DNA of 64,000 nucleotides from Paramecium tetraurelia (GCA_000165425.1 CT868263.1:62001-126000), one strand, 5' to 3'; shown: positions 26,401 through 40,550, counted from the first letter of the stretch. Numbers and translations: made by a program. The notes: generated from the sequence alone by a model not told the origin.

Positions 26401-29400
26401 ACCAGACCAAAGAAAAGGTTAATAATATTTGATTAGTCTATTAAAAAACGAATTATAATGCAATCTATCTGGGAGAAATTGGATGTGGTAAATATTGTTT
26501 AGAAAAAGGATATCTAGGTTTCTGACACTCAATTCATCCTTGAACATACTGTAGATAATTAAGCTAATTGGAAAAAATAAGGATACAAAATGTTTAGACT
26601 CAACAATTATGATTAAGCAGCGAAGTGCTTTAAGTTTTCTGGTGATGAGGAACTAGCGAAGAAATCCAAAGCCTATTTTTTGGCCACTTAAGGTAATATT
26701 TTTAACGAGAATAAGGAGAATTATATTGCAGCAGCAAAATTATTTGAACTAGATTAACTTCCCTTTAAGAGCAGCATAATGTTATTTTTCAGGTAAAGAA
26801 TATATCAAAGCTTATGAATAATATAAAAAAACAGATTGTAAAAGTGAAACAGCTGAGTCTGCATATTTTGCTGGCTATTTTGAAGAGGGTTGCAAACTTA
26901 TTTTTTTAAATTAATGATATTAGAAGAGCATTAGATTGCTATAAGAAAGCCAATAATTGGCAGAGAATTATTGAATTGTTAAATTTGCATAAAAATGAAT
27001 TTCCAATTGAAGAAAGAATGGCTTTCTTGAATAAATTCTTTCCTAGTTTTCTTTAAGAAATGACAGATTAGATTGAGTAATAAGAAAAAGAAATGGAGGA
27101 GTAGTTTTTAAACGAAGAGCCATGCATAATCTAAGAGGATGTTATAGATTAATCTTAAAGTTTCTAAATTGAGAATTCTTTGGTAAATGAATCGCAATAA
27201 GTGGAGAATGCTGAAAATAATCTTGAAACACCCTAAGTGAGCATAGTAAAATAAGACAAATAAGATCTAATCGAAATTGATGACTCAGAGTCTTTTTAAG
27301 TTCAAAATGAGGAATCCTTTGATCATCTCTCAATATTTGATCCAGAAGATGAATGGTTGAAAAATAACTAAAAATCCTTAATCAGATCCATTGCTACTTC
27401 AAGTGTTGAATCACAGTTTTCAAATGTTCTTTTATTGAATTAACCATCAAATGTTTCACTCTTAAAATCCAGATCTAATATCTTTATTAAGAATAATGTT
27501 TTACAATAATTGGTGTAAAAATTTTAATTCTTTTCTGATGAATTCAAGACTCACATTGAAAAGCAGACACATAAGGCTACTCTATTGTCAAACAGAACTG
27601 GGGATGAGAAAGAGTTTGATCATATGATCAATTTCCTATATGATTTAGATAATATAGATATTGATACCATCTACTTGATTCTAGATCTATTAGAATAATT
27701 CAAAAGTTATAAATTATGCATTTATGTTTGCAATTAATTCAAATTGGCCTAGTATATAGGTAGATACTTAGTATCATTGGCTTCACTCTACACTCCATTA
27801 ACAAGGACCCTCTTGAAAGATAACTATTAGATTATTATAAATAAACTCTATAGAAAACAAATATTATAGTAAGCAGCAGTTTCCTAATTGGCTATTAATA
27901 ATATATTAGAATCTATAAATCCTTTGTTCTTGTAATTTAAATTTGAAGAACAACTCAATTTATCAAATAGTTTCGGAATTACTTGTTACAAAGAATTGAT
28001 TGGCTTAGGCTATTGGAAGACTGTCATTTATCAACTAAATTATGAACACGCATTCAATTTGTGCAAATCATTTAATAGTTATTCAGATATTGTTAATGTA
28101 ATAGAGAAAGTCAAGGAAAATAGAAAAAATAAATTGCTTAGTGAATAGGAATAGTTTAACTAGAATAAATATTAATATTTTATAGACATTTAAGATGCTC
28201 TTTAAAAAAAACATTCAAATTTCAACCCAATATTTTCAACTTCTATTAAATATTTTGATAATAAACGATAATTAACCTAGGATATTATAGAAGATATTAT
28301 TAAAAATAGTCAACTATAAGATGGTTCAAATCTAAATTACACTTAATAATTGAAGTAAATAGAATCAATAATTCTATCTCATTTAATCTTAGAAATAAGT
28401 GCTACATAAGAGAAAAAAAAAGTAGATCTATCCTAACTTGTTGAAATTAAGATTTACTTTTTAAATCAGATCCAATTATTTTGTTAAAATTCAAATATTA
28501 TTGATTCTTTCTCATTCCTGTATCAGTTTTCATTACCTTAAGGAGAAATCATGGATCATTATTCTTAATATACCCTCGTATATTTAACTTCTGGTTTAAT
28601 TTCATTTTTACACTCATCATAAAAAGAAGTATAAAAGGATTAAATTTAAATATCATAATAGGAATTAAAATTTATTGATATTGGATTTGAATATGTTTTG
28701 ACTCCTTATCATGTGGTTCTGAAGGCTATTTATAAATCCTTTATACAGAGTCTCTCTGATCAATTCTTCCAATTATCGGAGTCAATTAAAACTTATTACC
28801 TTATTTATGAGAAAATTGGTGAAAAATAGTAATTCCCTTAAATTGTATATAGAAATCACTTTTTGCCAGTCTTTTAACAATTGTATCACTTAGAATAAAA
28901 ACAAAAAAATGTATTACCTATTATTTTTCTTCCTAAAACAGTCAACCCCTAAAAATTCAAAAATTTCAATGATTAACCAATTAGAAATTTGGAAATTGAA
29001 AGACATTCATCTTCAATTTTAAATTAAATAAAATCCCTTCATTTATTAGATTTTACTAAAATATTAATCAAGACTAATATTAGAAATCCAAATCTACCCT
29101 CTTAAATTAAATAATTCCTTATAAATGAAAGCATTGCACTACTTCAAAAGTCATAAGATAAATTGAGCCATCAGAAAGTAATTTTAGCTATAAATATGTT
29201 AAATTATGTCAACGAATTACCTTTGGCTATTTTTACGCTCTAATAAATGAAGAAGACTATCTTGACTAATCCTTATATTAAATATATGGAATTCCTAGAA
29301 TGCTAAGAATACAACATTACTGATGATCTGTTTAATTGCTTTGCAGAATTCAGTGCTGATCTTTAGAATTAATTATTCTTAGATGAATGGCTCTATCACT

Positions 29401-30507
29401 TAATAAGGGTTGGATTAACAATTCTGATTTCAATTCTAGAAGAGAAGAAGTTATAAATATATATACCTTATATCTACGTTGAATTTGTAAAAGAGGTTGA
29501 AGATCATAAAATTCAAGCTCCTATATTTAAGATTTAAAATGAAGAATTACTTGTAGAGTATTTATATCTTTTAGGATAATTCCTAGATAATTGCAATTCT
29601 GAACATTACGAATATCACGCTAATTTATTGCTTATCATTTTCATTATCAATTTACCTGTTTTAACAAATGAAGTTATCGAATAAATAGCTAAAATGATAG
29701 AATTTGATTCAAAATATAAGTTTTATTAAAGACTTAAGGTGATAATATTGAAAGACCTATAAGTGAGGTAAAATGAGTATATTAAACAAAACCACTCATT
29801 ATATATAAACCATTACTTAGACTTGCCAATTACTAATCTCTAGATAGTCAATAAGTATCAATAAAATTAGCTTGAATAACTTTATAATACTTGTTTATAA
29901 AATTGGGAACAATATTAAAATACATCTGAATCTATAAAATAGAATGGATAAAACTTAATTAGAAAATGGTTATAGCATAAATAATTTATAGCCAAATAAA
30001 AATTTTTACAGCAGTCTATCCCCAAATTTTAATTATAAACTTATATTGTTAAATTTTAACAGTTTTACTCATTGAATCTTAAATAACTTTATAAAAATTT
30101 GAATAACAAAGATATCAAAATAGAAAATAACATTAAAGAAGCTTTTGCCATTTAAGAGTAAGACTTATTTATATTTTAGGGACATCTTAAACCAAAGACA
30201 TGGAGCAGTTGATTCTATAGACCTTCATTTTTGTAATTCATTAATAGAAAAGCTTTCTTAATTGAATCTTTAAATTCTGAAGGGAGTTAATGTGAGTTAA
30301 TAATTAATTGAATTATCAAATGAATTAGTTGGTTGGAAAGAGAATATCAAATTGAATTAAGACCTATAAGATGAATTATTGGCTAGAAATAAAGAGTTAT
30401 TAGCAATAAAATGGAAAAACTTGAAATCAGGTATAAAATTAAAGAAGAGAGTTGTAAAAAAAGTAGAAATGCAAACTATTTAAGAAGAGGAAGAGGAATA
30501 ATAATGA
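23423..30507 (+). CDS. TRANK1/LBA1-like UvrD-type (SF1) helicase with TPR repeats; three apparent +1 frameshifts
   Basis: Walker A IGRSGTGKTT; YLMLDELQD; CGDNAQNIAKGIGFKF; NFRSHNQIL; EFGCNQAIIV; LTIYEAKGLEFDDVILYNFF; LKQLYVAITRPKKRL; TPR-like NWKKQGYKMFRLNNYDQAAKCFQFSGD. Confidence 0.85.
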
Positions 30508-30656
30508 GTTTATTAATATTTAAAATAAAATGATATTATTATTTCTTAAATTTAATGGTAGCAGAGTATGGTTTAATAATTAGTAATGACAAATAATTGA
30601 TAGTATGATTTTCGGCTATGATAATGTAATGATAATTCATTTTGTTTTAGATTTCT

Positions 30657-31580
30657 TCACTTCGCTTTTTTCTCATCTTCATTATTAGATAAGGTCTTAT
30701 GTAGATATTTTAAAGCGAGTATAGAAAATGTCTATTTATAAATTGATTAATACTGTTCCAACAATTGCTAAGAGTATTCCTACGAATTTTAAAAAGTATT
30801 AGTCAGCTTCAAAATATTCAATAATTTATTCCTTGCTGACACCAAAATATTTAGGAGCATTTATTATAAAAGTATTTTACACTTTATCCCAAACAACGTT
30901 GCCATAAACACAAATAAAAGTTCCTTCACATAAGATGTCTTCTTCAATAACAACTCCAATTTTTGAAATAGTTGTTAAAAACTTTTTTAACTTTCCTTCT
31001 TTAAATTCAGCCTTTTCTACATCTCTAATATTATTACATGTCTTACGTTTAAGGCTCTCTCGTTATTGTTCTAATTTCAGGAGGATTTAAAATTTGATCT
31101 GTTTATTGATGCTTTAACACTTTAGGCAAGACTATTGTGCCAGAAAAATTGTTTATCAGCAAGTTTTCATCCGTTTTTAGATGCGATTGTAAAATAAAAG
31201 AATCTGTTGTGTTTATTGTTTTGCTGGTTTATCTTCTTTATTATGATTTCCTTCCATTGTTTTCTACAGCCTCTAATTCATAGCTCGATCTCTGTATATA
31301 AACACCTGTATATTTGCTATTTGCACTTTTTAACATCTCTGTGTTTTAGGCAACTTCTCCTTCAACAAACAAACTTACTTAATTATCATCTGTTAACAAA
31401 AAGGAATTCCTTTAAAAATTAAATGTTATACTTTAGTAGGGAAACAGTAACACTCCTCTAATTTTTAAGAGTGTCTAATTCAATTTGATTTTTATTAACT
31501 TTTGCCTTATTTAATTTATATATGAGGCCTACAATAGCTCCACCTAAAGCGCATAGAACAAATTTAGTGAAATCTTTCAT
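30657..31580 (-). CDS. Two-TM GIDE-domain-like protein (MUL1/SP1-type), no RING seen
   Basis: N-terminal TM FVLCALGGAIVGLIY; SLFVEGEV; IEEDILCEGTFICVYGNV; second TM FLKFVGILLAIVGTVLI; two tiny introns. Confidence 0.6.
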
Positions 31581-32207
31581 TTTATATAAAATTATATTAT
31601 AATATAAATTAATATAAAAATAATGATCTATTATTGTAAGTCTCAAAATATTGATTTAATTGGAATACTTGATTACATTGATTGAAAAATTGATAAACAA
31701 TTGTTATTATTCAATTCATAGAACATTTTTAATACTATTATAAAAGTAATTAAACATCAAAATATGACTATAATAATGTTACATTACATAGTTTGCATAT
31801 GGCTATTTATTAATAATTTTGGATATTTAAATTAATAAAAAACATTTAAATTCCCTAAATTTGTAAGTTAATAAACATATCAAAATATTTTCGATCTCAA
31901 GCTGACCATGGCTGAACTATTTAGTAGAAAAAATATTCTAAAATACAAAAATTTTATAATTTCTATTATAAACCATAAAATATGACTTTTTTGTTCGCTT
32001 AATCCTTTTACTAAAATTCAGTAGAATGATATAATGATTATAATTATCAAAACCATTTTTATCTTTAGTAAAATATTACTAAAAGATTTATTTTTGATTG
32101 TTTTCAATTTGTATTTTGATAACAAAAATAGATTAGAAATAAAAATAATAATCCGTCTACTTTTAAAATTTTTAGAATCTTTACAATTTAAAATAGGTGA
32201 TCATTTT

Positions 32208-34655
32208 TCATTTCTTACTTAAAGGCAGCTTAATGGATACTGTGTTAGGGTAAGTCATGAGCTTAACTTTTCCTATTAAGGCCTCTCTTATTAAATCAGT
32301 AATTTATTATATTTTAGCAACATTATATTTCTGCAAGAGATTTAATTCAATATCTAAATTAATAGCAGGTTATCCTATAATGGATAGCCTAAATTTTATA
32401 TTAAATATTATACCAACTCTTTCCAAGAGGAGTGGGTACAAAACACAATCTAATCCTACTAGCAAAATTAGTAACTGTAATCTTGATTTCAATAGGCACT
32501 TAATATTCCTTAGGCCATGTAACGAGGAAAATTGTACTTAAGACAATTAAGACTTTCCCTCTAAAAGATAAGTCTAAGTCACATAGAAACTGAAATTTAT
32601 GAAAAAATAATACTTCATTAGCATCCTATCTTAGTGCTTATATATCAGATAATGATGGAGGATCACCAATAATCTTTAAATCAGATACATTAATCTCTGA
32701 TAGCATTGCAGCTCTCTTTTTATTTAAAGTCTTATGCAAAATCTTTTTAATCTTCCCTTTAAAAAATTGACTTTCCTTCCAGTCGTTGACTAATACTTTT
32801 AATAGTTTTTAAAGCAATAATGATGTTGTACTTACATAAACATCTTCTACCATTTCTTCATTTTGACAAATAGTCACTTCTTTTTCATTTTATATTACTT
32901 GCTCCTTACTTTCATTTTATAAGATTTCTCTTTATTACATAATCTAAATATTTTCAGTAGCTAAATTTAATAATAAGTTTACTTTCATCAACTATCATTC
33001 TTAGATTAGTAAATATTTAAATAGCAAATCTCCCCAAATCTTCAATTAATGTTTTTTTCATTTTAGCTACTTATTTATTGTGTTTATTGAGAATATCTTC
33101 AATTTTCTTTAAAGTATACCCTTACAATGAAATAAGAGTTTTTTTATCTTCTATTAATTTTACCTACTACTCTCTAAGATCATCCTCTTTCAAATTACTC
33201 ATCTTTTGAACTTTAGATACAGTTTAACCGATAGTTGCATAAAATTTACCGAAATTTAAGGATTTCACATCTGACATATTTTATTTCATCTCATTAAAAA
33301 AATGTTAAGCTGCCTTCTTTGTTTTGGATTTATCGACTTAATCATTTTGATACTATTCAAGTGCTTTTTCATCAGTGCTAAGACTTTGCAACTTTTTTAG
33401 ATCTCTTAATGCACAAGTTTCAAGTTCTTTGCCAATAGACATCTCTAATCTACATTTAGCAATATCTTATCTTTTTCTTTCTATTTAGTCAACAAGTTGT
33501 TTATTTGAATCTTTAATTATTTGAATAACACCCACTAAACTTGAAAATAGAACATTGAAAATATCTGCAACTTCTTGTTTTTCTAATTCAATTTGTAATT
33601 TCACTAATGTAAAATCTTTATCTATTAATTTTTGATTAAAAATTTATATAGTATCTCTGAAGAAGTACTCTAATTCTTCATTATACTTTTACACTATTTA
33701 CCATTATTAAAGTAAATAAGTAGTTTGTCTTTAACATTCCTTTATTTATTCATTGATATCAAATTCAGCTATTTAATTTTATTATTAATCCTCCTACACT
33801 TGCTTTTGAGGGGATTTTGGACTCCTGTGTTATCTCGAGGGGTATATTTAATCTAATATATAAATGGGAGATATCATTACAATAATCTTCATCCATAATT
33901 ACTATTAAAGTGGAGATCTAAGTCTAAAATTAACTGGCATAATTCTCAGATGTAATTAAAAATGCTTGGAAACCTTGTTTTACAAATACAACTCTCGACT
34001 CTTCATAATTAAGTTAGAATAGGTGCATCTTTTGATTAAATTCATTGATTTCTATTTAATTCTCTTTGATTTTATCTCTGGCATCTGTTAATTTCAATCT
34101 TATGGTATCAGATTGCTGCATTTGCAATTTGACTTTCATTTCGCTTTTAATGATTTAAGTTGGATCATCCTTTCTTTTTAGCATTTCTTGATGAGCCAAA
34201 GTAAAGGATTACAAATCTTTTTCAATTTAATTGAATTCATTTAGAATCTTATTATAATGTTGATAGCATTCGACCGTTTGATATTTTAATTTCTTTCTTT
34301 GTTTTCTGATTTCCTCCACTTCTTTCGTGTAGGTTCTCCTGAGTGATACTAATTGAATACTCACTTTGTTTATATCTGAGGCGATTTCAATATGGCTTTG
34401 ACTAATTTATTTTAACACTTTCTTAAAGTCTTTCCATTAAGGTAAGTACAAAAATAATTTAGAACTCAACTAGATTCCAGTAAGTTGTTGGATAATTTCG
34501 TTTCTTTCTTCAGAATATTTATCTATGCTATTAATTTCATTTTCAGAAAGTAATTTACTATCTAACTCGTTTAATTGTGATCCGAATTATTGTTCAGATT
34601 CCTTATATTTTGATAATTAATACCTTGATCCCTTCCAAAAAGTCCATATAGACAT
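32208..34655 (-). CDS. Helical/coiled-coil (BAR-like) protein with C-terminal Mmm1-like SMP domain
   Basis: C-terminus reads DWKESQFFKGKIKKILHKTLNKKRAAMLSEINVSDLKIIGDPPSL..DLDLSFRGKVLIVLSTIFLVTWPKEYQVPIEIKITVTNFASRIRL..QPAINLDIE..ITDLIREAL..MTYPNTVSIKLP. Confidence 0.78.
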
Positions 34656-35047
34656 CAAGTTTCTTTAAGAATTTTTTTCTATATAATTTTTAGACAGAAA
34701 TTTGTTAGGATATTTAAGTATCCTCTTATTTAGGTTATGGATTTTCAATTTGCAATTCGGTATTGAATTTATTTATATAATGTTTTCTCTTCTATTTAAC
34801 TGGATGCAAATATTCTTCGAAGTTTTATTTAACTTATAAATGACATGAATATTTTACAGCTGGTGATTGTAATCTTATAATTCTAATGCTGTTTTTTAAG
34901 ATAATCCATTATGTAGTTATATTGAACACCAAGGATAGTAAAACATCCAATTATAAAGCCAATAAAAAAGGAATAATTGTACCATTGAAGAAATGAAGCA
35001 ATAATTACTCCAAAAAGTATTTTATTTGTTAATTACATTAATTATTA

Positions 35048-36201
35048 ATGGAAGAAAAAATTGAATAACAAAAATAATTAATAATTAAAGCTAAATTAAC
35101 CATCGATAAGTTAAGAGCAGAATTAGCAGAGAAAATTCAATAATTATAGGAAGAAAAACAAAAAAACGAAAATCTAGAATAGATTGTCAATAAATATTTG
35201 GGAGATGAAAAGAAAATTGTGTGTGAAAGGGTTTTGGCCAAAGTCAAAGTAGAGGAGATAGAATGGATATGTATTAAAAATAATGGAATTGAATGGGTAA
35301 GGGAAAGCGAATTCAATAAACAACTAAACTCTTAATTACATGAAGATATTAAATTACTAGATTATTCTAAATCCAAAGACGATATTTTGGTTGTTGCGTA
35401 ATAATACGATTAGAGAATGAAAATATTGTAATAAGAATGTTTTTAGAGTGAGAAGAAAAAATAAGAAATTCTTACTTTATACAATGATTTGTAAAACGAA
35501 TTTGACAAATATAAATAGGAAATCATGCAAAATATTAACGAAGTAGTTAACTAATCAGAATAAATCAGAGAAACTACTTTAACCTTAGTCGATTAAAGTG
35601 CAGATTGTGAGGCAAAAATTAAATTGTTATTGTTGCAATTGCTGAAAGTAAATTAATATATAAGCTAAGTCTTGTAGTCCATAATTACATTTCCTTAAAT
35701 AACACTTAATTACCTTGAATTAAACAATTTATGAGTTGATCCAATAATAATAGGAGCAAAGTAATTTGATAGAGTAAGAAGGAAAGGAGCATAAATAAAG
35801 ATTACTTGAAATAGAGGAAGAACGAAAGATGGAGCGAGAACAAAGTATTTTTTATATAATTTAAAACAGAAATCTAGCATTTTGAAAATGGTAGATAGTA
35901 AATCTAATTATTAGAAAATACAATTGATTAAATTACAAAGGAATTGAGAGAAAAGAATATTAAAATTGATAGATTATGTCAAGAGAATTAAAAGAATGCA
36001 AATATTTAATATATTAAGAATGTTATCATACGATTTTTTACAGAGGAATATTCAGTAATTATATCAATTAATCATAAGGTGAAACAAAAAACAATTCCTG
36101 TGATTGCTACTGTATTATAATTTACAGAAGCAGAACATGCAATTGTTCAATAGGCATGGGAAAGAGATTCGAAGTCTTTTTTGAGTAGAATTTTCAAATG
36201 A
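35048..36201 (+). CDS. GRIP-domain golgin-like coiled-coil protein
   Basis: Coiled-coil body; C-terminal ANIQYIKNVIIRFF...KTIPVIATVLQFTEAE matches the GRIP pattern. Confidence 0.85.
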
Positions 36202-36260
36202 GAATAGTAATTAATTATTATCTATTTGTCTTATTATTATGATGAACAATAACATTAATT

Positions 36261-36929
36261 TCAGAAGAAATACTTTACATATGAATTTTTTAATTTTAGA
36301 GAAGTTAATTCAAAAAGTCTCTGAAAATTATCGCTCTTTTCTTTCTCATTTGCCATGAATCCTTTATATGTTGTTTATTATAATTTTTTAGCATCTTTTA
36401 ATTATTCTAATTCCTTGTGTATCCATTCCTATAACTTGAGATTAGACAGTTCAGTAATTCGAGGTTTGTTTATTTTTTTTGGCTCCTCCAATAATTATGG
36501 GTGAGGCATTTGAGGTTCTTAATCTATGCTTTTACTTTTGTATTATCTTATAGGTATTCGAGCAGTCGGTTGTTTACTCATGTCTACAACAGACTTATGT
36601 ACTAGAGAACTTTCATTAAGTTTGTAATAGCCTATTGGAGGTCGTTCTACTTTAATCAATTAATAGGGAATCAATCTTTTAGTTTTGCTTCTTTCGATAG
36701 ATTTGATTTATTGTTTAGGATTAAGTACGAAAAATTTCTGAAGTTTCTATTCTCTTCTCATTAATCTGGGCAATTTTTAATTACTATTCTTCTTGACTTC
36801 TGGCAATTCAACAGGTACATTGACAAGGATGCCTTTTTCAAAATCATATTGAGATGATACTCCTAAAGCTTAATTTACATTATGATTGATATTTGATAAA
36901 CTGGATTAACGAGACAAAATGCCTTTCAT
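36261..36929 (-). CDS. Hypothetical protein
   Basis: Open code-6 frame MKGILSRQSSLSNIN...NSYVKYFF*. Confidence 0.65.
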
Positions 36930-37897
36930 TAATTATTAGATTTTTATTATGTATAATAAAATTAACTATATATTTAATGCTCATTTTATGAGTTTAATAT
37001 TCAAATATCTGATATATTGAAAGTTTTAGGTTTGGATTATAAAAAAGAATATCCTAATTTAAAATTATAATCGATATAATTAATAATATTCTATGAATAA
37101 TATATGACAGCGTTTGAATTGAATTAAGTAGATAAAAGATGTCTATTGTTAATAATTTAAATCTTTCTATTCTCTTGCCAAAATGTACTCATTAAATTGT
37201 TTGTATCTGGCATTGACCTTGTCAAAATATCTGATGAAGATATTAAGATTACATTATAACAATGTTGCTTTTGTTTGTATGTATTAGTTAATGTTTTAAG
37301 GAATTAAAAAATATAGAAATGGACCTTAAGATTAAGATGATTATTTAAATGAAAATTGATGATAATCAACATTAAAAAGGTTCAACTATAGAGATTATCC
37401 AAGCTATTGCATTACATAAAAAAAGGAGTAGTCTAATTCTAGATCACGATATTTTTGATTTATTGATTGTATAGATATTGAGGATCAAAACCTAGGTCTC
37501 ATTCTTATTTATCAAATCATTTTCTGACTACAAGTAGTAAAGATTCTAAAAACTAAATAATCTAGTAGAAGAATTAGAAGTTATATTAGAGATTAGGAGA
37601 GTAAGAAAGTACCAGCCACAAGTGATGATTAATACAAATTCAAGGTCATGATCGTCAGTTAGTAGTATATTGAGATAATTACACAAATGATTAATCTTAC
37701 GAAGGAGAAAGTATAAAAATAAATAGAAGAAATTGATAATCTGATTTATATTCCCTTTGCCATGATCTTTGAAATTTATTTGTTAATTTATAAGAATAGA
37801 TTAATATGTTAAATTCTTAAGCAATCGAAATAATAAATAAATTTTGTATTTTAAATATATTTTTTCAGACATTTTACTATTATTAATTCATAGAAAA

Positions 37898-38461
37898 ATG
37901 AATGAAAAATTTGAGTAAAATCTATAGGAGATACTTTAGAAGGATTGTCTAACTCTAAACAAAAATCTACTGCTCAAAGGATAAATTGAGTTATTGAAAT
38001 TGCAGATCAGAGATCAAAGATTAATTAAACAATAGCAAGATTAAGAAATAAAAGAAATAGAAAAGAAATAAGTTATGCAAAATATAAAAGAAGAATAATA
38101 GAAGTAGATTGAGGAGAAAGAGACCTAATTGATCAAATAAAAAAAGGAGCTGCATCTAAGATAAGATGCATGTGAAGACTTATAATTTGAAATTGAATAA
38201 TAATATTAACATCTTAAAATACAATAGGAAAATCAAAGAATTTTAGATGAATCAATCAAAAGACTCATGGATTGTATATAAAAATCCAAAAAATCACCAC
38301 TCAAAAATCAGCAATTTCATAATAGAGTAGCTACTTCTCATTCATTCGATGATAGGCCCAATTCTTTTGGAATAATGGGAATGCTAAAGTCTAAAAATAA
38401 TGTCGATGATTATATATAGAAAGTGGAAAAAATTAATACTTCCAGACTATATGATCATTGA
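37898..38461 (+). CDS. Hypothetical coiled-coil protein, 187 aa
   Basis: Intronless 188-codon frame MNEKFEQNLQEILQ...SRLYDH*. Confidence 0.75.
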
Positions 38462-38659
38462 TTAAACAAACTATTATATGTATGTATATTTAATTTTCAT
38501 CTCTAATTAATATTTACTTAAAATAATAAAATCATCATTGAAAATATGTGCAAAAATATGTTTAGCATTTTCAAATAAGAATTCAAGTTTATAAAATTGG
38601 AGTATAAGATTATTAGATTAACAATTCTAATAATAAATTAGATTTAATTTTATTGAATA

Positions 38660-40550
38660 AAATGATAAAGGACTTATTTTTTATGAAGTTCCACTTTGGA
38701 TCTGCATTTTTAATAAATTTTAACCAGACTATTATTTTATTAGATCTGGATTATGATTTATATCTTTCTATATTATTAAATGTTTAGAATATGGTCGTTG
38801 ATAATTTTTGTACAAACTTTTGTCTACCTATTTGTTAGTATATTCTTAGAAGTTATTCACAGTACTATATCATGATCATATAAAATAACAAGGTAATATA
38901 GGTAAATTTATTAGGAGAAAAGACTTAAAAAATGGGATTGAATATTTTACATGATTATATTTTTTTCTTATGAAAAAATAAAAATAAAAAATTTCTTCTC
39001 TATCACTTGTTAAATCTTGAAATTATAATTTGATATCTTACAAACTTATTACGATTTACATGCATTCTTATTATAATGAAAAACAATAAAATAGTATCTT
39101 AATTTCGAATCGATTCAATTGTTTATATACAATATAAATAAAAATAATTTTATAGTGAGTATTAATAGTGAGATACAGTATTTATAATTACTAATCAGTT
39201 AAGCTTATGTCACTAAAATAGATAGCAATATTAAATAATACTTGGTTTAATTTGTTCAATTTAATCAAAGAATATATCGAATTTTTTGCAAGTATAAAAT
39301 GTTATGGAAAATAATTAAAAATAGCATTTTTATTAAACAAAACACATTGACTTATTCCTTAATCCAACTTACTTATTCAATTAATTATATAAACTCTAAT
39401 ATTATTGAGTTGGGTGATATAAAAATGAATTTAATAATTCTATTAAAATAAAATAGATAGTAATCTGGATATTAGGAACTAACAAAGAATACTTAATTAT
39501 ATTTTTAACTTATGATAGAATCGTTTTTGAATAATTGAAAACAACTCCTACACCTTTTTAACTCCACATATTTTAATGCCTGTTTATTTAATTTATAATT
39601 CACATGGAGCCATATCATTGTTATTTAAATTAGAAATAAAGGTAAATTAAGTAGGAAAAATAACGATTTATAATCAGGTGAAAGTTGTATTTAGGGAATA
39701 ACATTGTAGTTGGAGTTTTGAATAAGATACTTATGGCTTTAATTTTATAAATAAATCCATTTAATTTGTCAATCATCAAATATGATAATACTTAATAGTT
39801 CACCAAATCCAAATTTATAAGGTCAATATGGATTAGATCACAGCTCAAGGTTAGAGAAGTATATTAAATAATATTATGATAGAGCTGAACAGAACCAATT
39901 AAAATACTATGTGAATGCTTATGATTGTGAATACTTCATTTAATTGAGCATTATAAGCAATTTGGTTCCAGTCATTTTATAGAAACTTAAGGATGATAGC
40001 TGGAAAATCGAATTGATTCATATTGGATATATACCCCCTCCCTCTAAAGACTATGATCCAGACGCGCTCTTGCAATAGGTTTTATGTGAGATCCTAAATC
40101 CAAAGGAAGAGAGTAAGAAACTCGATATATCTCAGGAGATAACCATTACTTATTACTAAGAGGATTTGTGATATTATTTAAGGGGCATTTTGATTAAGAA
40201 TTGCTTATTTTTCTAATAATTGCTCCAATAAGTATTGGTTTGAGAGTCTTACGATTGAATTTAATATAAACCTATATCCATTAGAATGGATTAATGGGTA
40301 GCCTTGTTTTTAGTAAACTTATCTACCAAATTTTGTAGCCATTTGAAAAATTATATACAAGTTAAAATATTTGATATCCTCAGGTTTCTTTTGATCAATT
40401 CATTGAGTTATACGATAATATTAAATAGATAATTTAAACTAGATGTTAGATTATCTAGTCTAAGAATCAAATGTATAATAATTCCTTCCTCTGTATTAAA
40501 AAGATGAGAATGGCAATTCTCCCATAGCAGGCCCAGACGATTCATGATTA
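38660..40550 (+). pseudogene. Possible decayed gene(s) (boundaries approximate)
   Basis: Coding-like island at about 39880-40170 (SWKIELIHIGYIPPPSKDYDPDALLQ) after an intron-like GT..AG. Flanking frames are broken by TGA. Confidence 0.3.
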
